Assembly: GCA_037128175.1 (NCBI GenBank)
Contig: JBAXWY010000004.1
Coordinates: forward strand, 1 to 64,000
DNA length: 64,000 bases
Reading direction: 5' to 3'
Source: Methanothrix sp.
Lineage (GTDB): Archaea; Halobacteriota; Methanosarcinia; Methanotrichales; Methanotrichaceae
Part shown: piece after piece, positions 57,862 through 64,000 of the stretch
How the letters are laid out: each line of letters begins with the position of its first letter
Position numbering within the stretch: the stretch's first letter is position 1
Translations under genes and position numbers: made by a program
The notes under the pieces: model-generated
What the model was told of the DNA's origin: nothing
Databases searched by the model: none
The model's input: only the letters and a program-made list of their open reading frames with translations

Positions 57862-58563
57862 ATGGCCGTAATTCGAGGAACTAAACCGACCAGGTCAGTG
57901 CTGATCGCTCTCAAGAAAAGGATGAAGGTCGCAAAGACAGGTCACTCGCTCCTCAAAATGAAGCGTGACGGCCTCATGATTGAGTTCTTCGAGGTGCTAA
58001 ACAAGGCCAAGACTGTCAGGAAAGAGCTGGTTGAAGCTCTGATCATAGCCGAGCAGAGACTTCAAATGGCTATGGCCATCGAGGGAACAGTTGCCATCGG
58101 AAGCGTGGCCTATTCCCTGCAAAAAGAGCCGGTCATACAGCTCGAATCCAGAAACATCATGGGTGTAGTGGTTCCCAAGATCGCCTCAGAAGCCGTGCGT
58201 AAGAAGATGTTCGAGCGCGGCTACGGCATCATTGGGACCAGTGCCGCCATCGATGAGGCCGCTGATGCCTATGAGAGCTTGCTGGATAAGGTCATCCTGG
58301 CTGCAGAGGTAGAGACCGCCATGATAAGGCTTGTCGAGGATATCGACAGCACTAAGAGGCGTGTCAATGCTCTGGAGTTCAAGGTGATTCCTGAACTCAA
58401 GGACACCGTCAAGTTCATCGCCATGGCCTTAGAGGAGATGGAAAGGGACAACGTGGTCAAGCTGAAGATGCTCAAGGGCAAGTCCGAGAGGAAAGCAGCA
58501 GTAGAAGAAGCCAAGAAGGAAGCAGAGAAAGCAGCAGAAGCGGCTGCTAAAGCTTCTGCTTGA
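57862..58563 (+). CDS. atpD: A1Ao ATP synthase subunit D
   Basis: KPTRS.L..LK......GHSLLKMKRDGL, NIMGVVVP, TKRRVNALE. The true start is MAVIRG at 57862. Confidence 0.95.
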   Translation: MAVIRGTKPTRSVLIALKKRMKVAKTGHSLLKMKRDGLMIEFFEVLNKAKTVRKELVEALIIAEQRLQMAMAIEGTVAIGSVAYSLQKEPVIQLESRNIMGVVVPKIASEAVRKKMFERGYGIIGTSAAIDEAADAYESLLDKVILAAEVETAMIRLVEDIDSTKRRVNALEFKVIPELKDTVKFIAMALEEMERDNVVKLKMLKGKSERKAAVEEAKKEAEKAAEAAAKASA

Positions 58564-58756
58564 TCGAAAAATATGTCCAACTGGTTTGAGCGAAAAGCGG
58601 ATAACTGGGTTGGGACGGCTGAGAAGAAGATGCGTCTTCTTCAGTGGTTGGTGTACATCACCAACCTCTACATTATTTTTGGAATTTTTGTGCTTATCTG
58701 GATTCTTTATGGGAAATATATTATAAGAGCATGGGAATATTACACACAATAGATTA

Positions 58757-59101
58757 TTAGCAGCATTCATCACAGAAGAAATCACGCATATCCTTTAAAT
58801 CCGAGATCTCCTTCTGAGTCATCTCATTGATGCTATGTGAATTGTAGCTCCCCGTTAAATCAAAATAAACATAGCCGCCTTTGACGAAGACGTCCTTGCC
58901 TTGTAGACTGCTTTTGAGGTCATCCATCAGATAAGCATACTGTCTTTGATTGAGCCCGGAAGCGTCCACATCCGCCAAGGTAACTGTATTATTTCCGATC
59001 ATTAGGCTGGACGGCGAAATAACATTCATTATATTGCCCTGCATATCGAAGTATGAAGCCTGCAGCAGCAAAATGACGGGAATTAGGGCAAGCGCATTCA
59101 T
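58757..59101 (-). CDS. Small exported hypothetical protein
   Basis: 114-aa ORF with an N-terminal hydrophobic segment. Confidence 0.45.
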   Translation of the reverse strand: MNALALIPVILLLQASYFDMQGNIMNVISPSSLMIGNNTVTLADVDASGLNQRQYAYLMDDLKSSLQGKDVFVKGGYVYFDLTGSYNSHSINEMTQKEISDLKDMRDFFCDECC

Positions 59102-59148
59102 GAAGAACTATGCAGTAATCCTGATAATATAAATGTATTGATTTTTGT

Positions 59149-60612
59149 CTAGCATTCATCTCGATTGCGAAGAAAGGCCGCCGCAGCCCCCAGTATGCAT
59201 AATGCCGCCGCAATGATCATCACATTGCTTATGGTAAGACTGAGAAACTGTGGCTTCGCGTCTATTGTCGGGCCGTGATAGCCGGCAAGGTTTAATTGCA
59301 TCGATAAGAGAAGGGTGGAGATAGAGACTCCCAGGGACATGCCCATATTTCTTACTGCAGAGGAGAGACTAGAAGCTGTGCCTAACATCTCTCTTGGCAG
59401 GGCATTCATGATCTCGGTATTGATGGGGCTTTGAAATAGCATGCTTCCCAGCCCCATGATCACAAAGGAGAAGTAAATCGTGGTAAGATCATCTCTAGCA
59501 ATGCCGCTTCCCATGAAAAGGAGGGACGCTGCTACTATTATCATGCCCAGGGCGGAATTGTAGCGAAAGTGATATCTGTCATATATCCAGCCGCCCAGTG
59601 GTGAGCCAAAGGCCATTATGGCCGGCACAATGAGAAATACGCTGCCCACTTGGGAGGGCGAGTAGCCCATGACGCCCTGGAAGTAAAATGGACCCAGGAT
59701 GAAAGCAGAGAAGCTGGAAATGATGAATAAGGTTATGGCGATTATGGGCAGGACGAACTTTTTTACCCGGAAGATGGAAAGGTCCAGAAGAGGTGACTTT
59801 TGATGCGATTCGATCCAGACAAATGCCGGCAGTGATAACGTAGCCAGCAGGAAGAAGGGATCCTCTGCAATAAAAAGAGCGGTGTTGCTGGAAAGATCGC
59901 CAAGAAATAGCATCAAAGATACTATGAAGATAATAAGCACAGTCGCTCCACGCCAGTCCAAGTCCAGTTTTTTCGATATCGTTTCCTCGATTTTCATGTA
60001 CTTGGCGGCAAGGGCTAAGAGCACAATGCCTATGGGCAGATTGATGAGAAAAATGTATTTCCAGCCCATGTAGTCCACCAAATAGCCACCGAGAATTGGT
60101 CCGGCAATGCTGGCCAAAGAAACGGTAGTGCCGATGTAACCCATGGCTCTGCCCTGTTCCCCGCGATGGAAAATCTGGAAGATTATGGCTGTGCTGATGG
60201 AAAAGGACATGGCAGCTCCGGCAGCCTGAACCGCCCGAAAGAAGATGAGCATGCCAAGACTGGTGGAAAGACCGCAGGCGACCGATGCCATAGTGAAGAT
60301 GACAAATCCTGCCAAAAAGAGCCTGACCTTCCCGGTTCGCTCTGCAATCTTGCCAAAAATCATGAGCAGGCTAGTCACAGTGACCAGGTAGGAGGTTATC
60401 ACCCATTGAGACTCTGCTACATCGGCCTGAAAATAGCGGGTGATGGTGGGAAGGGCAATGGATACTACTGAGCCGTCGATGACAAACATGAATATGCCGA
60501 GCAAGATGATAAAGGCCAGAACATTTCTGCCGGCAACAGGCAATTCAGATGAATCGAATGTGTTCCGTCCTTCTCGCCCATTATTTTCAATCACAGCAAG
60601 GCAAGAACGCAT
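59149..60612 (-). CDS. MFS transporter (DHA2, 14-TMS)
   Basis: IDGSVVSIALP, WVITSYL, GKIAERTG, FRAVQAAGAA, GPILGG, WKYIFLINLPIG. Confidence 0.9.
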   Translation of the reverse strand: MRSCLAVIENNGREGRNTFDSSELPVAGRNVLAFIILLGIFMFVIDGSVVSIALPTITRYFQADVAESQWVITSYLVTVTSLLMIFGKIAERTGKVRLFLAGFVIFTMASVACGLSTSLGMLIFFRAVQAAGAAMSFSISTAIIFQIFHRGEQGRAMGYIGTTVSLASIAGPILGGYLVDYMGWKYIFLINLPIGIVLLALAAKYMKIEETISKKLDLDWRGATVLIIFIVSLMLFLGDLSSNTALFIAEDPFFLLATLSLPAFVWIESHQKSPLLDLSIFRVKKFVLPIIAITLFIISSFSAFILGPFYFQGVMGYSPSQVGSVFLIVPAIMAFGSPLGGWIYDRYHFRYNSALGMIIVAASLLFMGSGIARDDLTTIYFSFVIMGLGSMLFQSPINTEIMNALPREMLGTASSLSSAVRNMGMSLGVSISTLLLSMQLNLAGYHGPTIDAKPQFLSLTISNVMIIAAALCILGAAAAFLRNRDEC

Positions 60613-60618
60613 GAAGAG

Positions 60619-61749
60619 CTATATATGTAGCGCTGATGCCGCAGCCGTATCTTTTCTCTGCGCGATGCGATATCCCGTGACCACCATTCTCTTCCCGGCC
60701 AGGATTCGATCCATCTCTAGGTCGCCTGTGTCCACCAATAGTTGCGGCAGCTCCGCCAGCTTATGGGGCGTGGATACTATTATCAAATTCTCCCCTCCTA
60801 TGCGTCGCAGGACAGAAGCGCTGATCTGCTGGCTGCCTCGTCCCAGTATGAAGCCTTGGGCGCCGATAGGGCTGACAATGACCTTAACGCTCTTTTCCCG
60901 TTCCAGCAAAGCCAAAAGGTCTCTCTCTGAGGCGTCCTTCTGCAGTAGCTTTCCCTCCCGAATAACGTCCACGCCAAGCAGGGTCTTCTCCACGCCTAAA
61001 AGCTCGGCAATCCTGGCTGTGGTAGTGCCCGCCCCTAAAATGTAGGCAGAACCGTCTCTCATGAATTCGGAGGCAAAGAGTGCGATCTGATCCTTGAACT
61101 CCTCCTCGCAAGAGGCGCTATAAATTCTCTTTCGCTCCTGCACCAGCACAGGTTGGTAGGGCGTTTTGGCTATGGCATAAAGCCTGGTCTGCAGCTCTCC
61201 GGCCCGGTAGAGCTCCTCGTCCACATCCACAATCTCCGTATCTCTGGCCAAAAGTTCGCCTCGCACAAAGCCCAGAGCCAGCTCTGCCGCTGCCTGGGGG
61301 CTGATGGCAAAGACGCCAGAATGCATTTTCACTCCCGCCGGGATGCCCAGGATGGGGCATATGCCAGCGCTGCTGGCCACATCTCGCGCCGTTCCGTCGC
61401 CTCCGCAAAATAGAATCAAATCGACGCCGTTTTCCAGGAAGGCCTGGCAAGCCAGTTTCGTATCCTCTGAGCTGGACTCATCTCTAGCTACGTAGGCCAC
61501 CGTGTATTGCAGGCCGCATTGCAACAGTACATCTTCGCCCATCTCGCCGCTGGCGGTAAAAAAGAGGAGGTCCGCCTCCCGAGAAAGCAAATGCAGACAC
61601 GCGCGTGCGCGCACGGCTGCCTGGGGCTTTGCGCCCCTGGCCCGCGCTGCCGCCGCCAGGCCGTCCGTGCCTTTCAAGCCCACGGCCCCGCCCATGCCAG
61701 CTATGGGATTGATCAGAAATCCGATCTTTCCCGCTCTTGCAACCATCAA
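60619..61749 (-). CDS. ATP-NAD/AcoX kinase family protein
   Basis: [51 protein letters not shown]. Confidence 0.88.
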   Translation of the reverse strand: MMVARAGKIGFLINPIAGMGGAVGLKGTDGLAAAARARGAKPQAAVRARACLHLLSREADLLFFTASGEMGEDVLLQCGLQYTVAYVARDESSSEDTKLACQAFLENGVDLILFCGGDGTARDVASSAGICPILGIPAGVKMHSGVFAISPQAAAELALGFVRGELLARDTEIVDVDEELYRAGELQTRLYAIAKTPYQPVLVQERKRIYSASCEEEFKDQIALFASEFMRDGSAYILGAGTTTARIAELLGVEKTLLGVDVIREGKLLQKDASERDLLALLEREKSVKVIVSPIGAQGFILGRGSQQISASVLRRIGGENLIIVSTPHKLAELPQLLVDTGDLEMDRILAGKRMVVTGYRIAQRKDTAAASALHI

Positions 61750-63107
61750 ACCCGGGGCAGTTTGGCCAGGGACTGCTTGACCAGATCGGCTGGATACTCG
61801 TAGTCCACCAGTTTGCCGTCGTTATAGGCATCATAGGCAGCCATGTCGAAGTGCCCGTGTCCGGTTAGGGAGATGAAGATGGTCTTGGCCTCGCCCGTCT
61901 TCCTGCACCTTCGTGCCTCGTCAATGGCGGGCTTGATGGCGTGAGCCGCTTCCGGAGCTGGAATTATGCCTTCGCTGCGGGCGAAGAGGGTGGCAGCTTC
62001 GAAGACCTCGTTCTGCTGCAGAGCCGTGGCCTCAATCAGGCCGTCATGCACCAGATTGCAGAGCAAGGGGGCATCTCCGTGGTAGCGCAGGCCGCCGGCA
62101 TGGATGCCGGGCGGGATGAAGTCATGCCCCAGAGTGTACATCTTGATTACAGGAGCCATGCCGGCTGTGTCGCCGAAGTCGTAGGCATAAAGCCCTTTGG
62201 TGAGTGTGGGGCAGGCGGAAGGCTCGCAGGCCACCATGCGTAGGTCCTTCTTGTCCTTCATCTTGTCTGGTATGAAGGGGAAGACCATACCTGGGAAGTT
62301 GCTTCCTCCGCCGCAGCAGCCGTACATGATATCCGGATAGTCGTCAGCCAGATCGAACTGCTTCTTCAGCTCCAGACCTTCAATGGTTTGATGGAGAAGA
62401 ACATGGTTGAGCACGGAGCCCAGGGCATAATTGGTATCACTGTGGCTGGCCGCATCCTCCACTGCCTCGGAGATGGCGATGCCCAAAGAGCCCGGGGTGT
62501 CGGGCATCTCGGCCAGGATCTTTCTGCCGAAATTGGTCTTATCGGACGGGCTGGCGAAGCAATCTGCGCCCCAGACGCGCATGGCGCTCTTACGGTAGGG
62601 CTTGCTGTCGAAACTTGACCGGACCATGTAAACGGTGCACTTCAGGCCGAAGAGGCAGGTGGCTAAAGAGAGAGCCGAGCCCCACTGCCCTGCACCCGTC
62701 TCCGTGGCCAGCCGCTCAATGCCCTCTTTCATGTTGTAGTAGGCCTGGGGTACTGCAGTATTGGGCTTGTGGCTGCCGGCCGGGCTTACGCCCTCATATT
62801 TGTAGTAGATCTTGGCCGGAGTCTGCAGAGCCTTCTCCAGGGCGGCGGCCCGGTAGAGGGGCGTCGGCCTCCAGAGCCGGTAGATGTCGCGTACCTCTTC
62901 CGGGATGTCTATCCAGCGATCGGTGCTCATCTCCTGTTGGATGAGGGCTTTGGGAAAGATCATCTCCATATCCGCGGCAGAGAGGGGCTTTAGCGTCCCG
63001 GGATGCAGAGGCGGGTCCAGGGGTGTGGGCATATCGGCGGCTACGTTGTACCACTTCTTGGGGATCTCTTCCTCGTCGAGCAAATACTTGATCTTCATCT
63101 GGGACAC
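61746..63107 (-). CDS. trpB2: Tryptophan synthase beta chain, TrpB2 type
   Basis: [53 protein letters not shown]. Confidence 0.95.
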   Translation of the reverse strand: MSQMKIKYLLDEEEIPKKWYNVAADMPTPLDPPLHPGTLKPLSAADMEMIFPKALIQQEMSTDRWIDIPEEVRDIYRLWRPTPLYRAAALEKALQTPAKIYYKYEGVSPAGSHKPNTAVPQAYYNMKEGIERLATETGAGQWGSALSLATCLFGLKCTVYMVRSSFDSKPYRKSAMRVWGADCFASPSDKTNFGRKILAEMPDTPGSLGIAISEAVEDAASHSDTNYALGSVLNHVLLHQTIEGLELKKQFDLADDYPDIMYGCCGGGSNFPGMVFPFIPDKMKDKKDLRMVACEPSACPTLTKGLYAYDFGDTAGMAPVIKMYTLGHDFIPPGIHAGGLRYHGDAPLLCNLVHDGLIEATALQQNEVFEAATLFARSEGIIPAPEAAHAIKPAIDEARRCRKTGEAKTIFISLTGHGHFDMAAYDAYNDGKLVDYEYPADLVKQSLAKLPRV

Positions 63108-63257
63108 TCCATCTTTAAACTACAATGTAATCTTGTGTACATCGTTGGTATTATCGGATTATTTAAAGGCTTTGAATGGGTCTGAAGAGTTTTCGCCTGA
63201 TACTATTTTTGTCTGCAAGGTAAGGATTTATTTATCATGGATGAGATGCCCTTTGCC

Positions 63258-64000
63258 ATGAGCGGCCAAACCCTGTCTGAGAAGATATTTTCGAGAGCCT
63301 CCCAAAAAGAGGTGCATGCTGGCGAGTTCGTCATGGCGGACATTGACGGCGCCATGATTCACGACATCACCGGCCCGCTGGCGGTCAAAGGATTTTATGA
63401 GATCGCGGGCCGGGATGCCCGGGTATGGGACCCTGCCAGAATCGTCCTTCTCTTTGATCATCAGGTTCCTGCGGACAGCCTGAAGGCGGCTGAGAATCAT
63501 ATCATGCTGCGTAAATTCGCGCAGGAGCAGGGCATCTTAAACTACGACATATTCTGCGGCGTATGCCACCAGGTCATGCCGGAGAAGGGGCATGTGCTGC
63601 CAGGGCAAATCATCCTGGGTACAGACTCGCATACCTGCACCTACGGAGCTTTGGGGGCTTTCGCCACCGGCGTCGGATCTACGGACATGTCATCCGTTTT
63701 TGCCACGGGCAAGCTCTGGTTCATGGTGCCCAAAACCCTGCAGATAATGATAGAAGGAAGGCTGCCCGCCAGAGTTACCTCCAAGGACGCCGTTCTGAAG
63801 ATCATTGGCGATATCGGGGCGGACGGAGCGAACTATCTGGCCTGCGAATTCCTGGGCGAGGCAGCGGCGCAGATGAGCATCCCGGAGAGAATGACGGTAT
63901 CCAACATGGCCATTGAGATGGGGGCCAAGGCCGGCATCTTCGAGACGGATGAGACCACCATAAAGTATCTGGAGGGCCGGGTGCAGGACAGCGCCGTCAT
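63258..64000 (+). CDS. 3-isopropylmalate dehydratase/homoaconitase large subunit (LeuC/AksD family), partial
   Basis: Not in the ORF track (runs off the window). Manual translation: [11 protein letters not shown]...HDITGPLA...FDHQVP...[11 protein letters not shown]...[21 protein letters not shown]. Confidence 0.92.
   Translation, partial: MSGQTLSEKIFSRASQKEVHAGEFVMADIDGAMIHDITGPLAVKGFYEIAGRDARVWDPARIVLLFDHQVPADSLKAAENHIMLRKFAQEQGILNYDIFCGVCHQVMPEKGHVLPGQIILGTDSHTCTYGALGAFATGVGSTDMSSVFATGKLWFMVPKTLQIMIEGRLPARVTSKDAVLKIIGDIGADGANYLACEFLGEAAAQMSIPERMTVSNMAIEMGAKAGIFETDETTIKYLEGRVQDSAV

Overview
Archaeal (methanogen, most likely Methanothrix/Methanosaeta-like; inferred from gene content) chromosomal window. 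Left to right: a partial IS200/IS605-family tnpB; a nucleotide-sugar/surface-glycosylation locus (two glmU-like genes, glmS, a wbpABDE-like diacetamido-uronate pathway, glycosyltransferases); a ~22 kb RiPP (ribosomally synthesized, post-translationally modified peptide) supercluster at ~18.0-40.5 kb; an aldehyde:ferredoxin oxidoreductase pair; an AT-rich ATPase + nuclease-like pair; a sugar-bisphosphate/RuBisCO cluster; the complete A1Ao ATP synthase operon; and MFS, NAD kinase-like, trpB2 and partial leuC/aksD genes. The main discovery candidate is the RiPP supercluster. It has two divergent arms with six radical SAM/SPASM enzymes, three PqqD/RRE proteins, two HPr-kinase-like domains, two S24/S26 peptidase domains, a GNAT, a nucleotidyltransferase, a flavin reductase, an ABC exporter and a Nif11-like ORF. 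It also carries eleven short Cys-rich precursor genes in two families: six family A (WxxPxL leader, invariant C-x5-S C-terminus; two are missing from the ORF track) and five family B (YxPP leader, three C-x2/3-G-[S/N] repeats) inside a SynChlorMet-like cassette. Family assignments come from motif recognition only; no searches were run.
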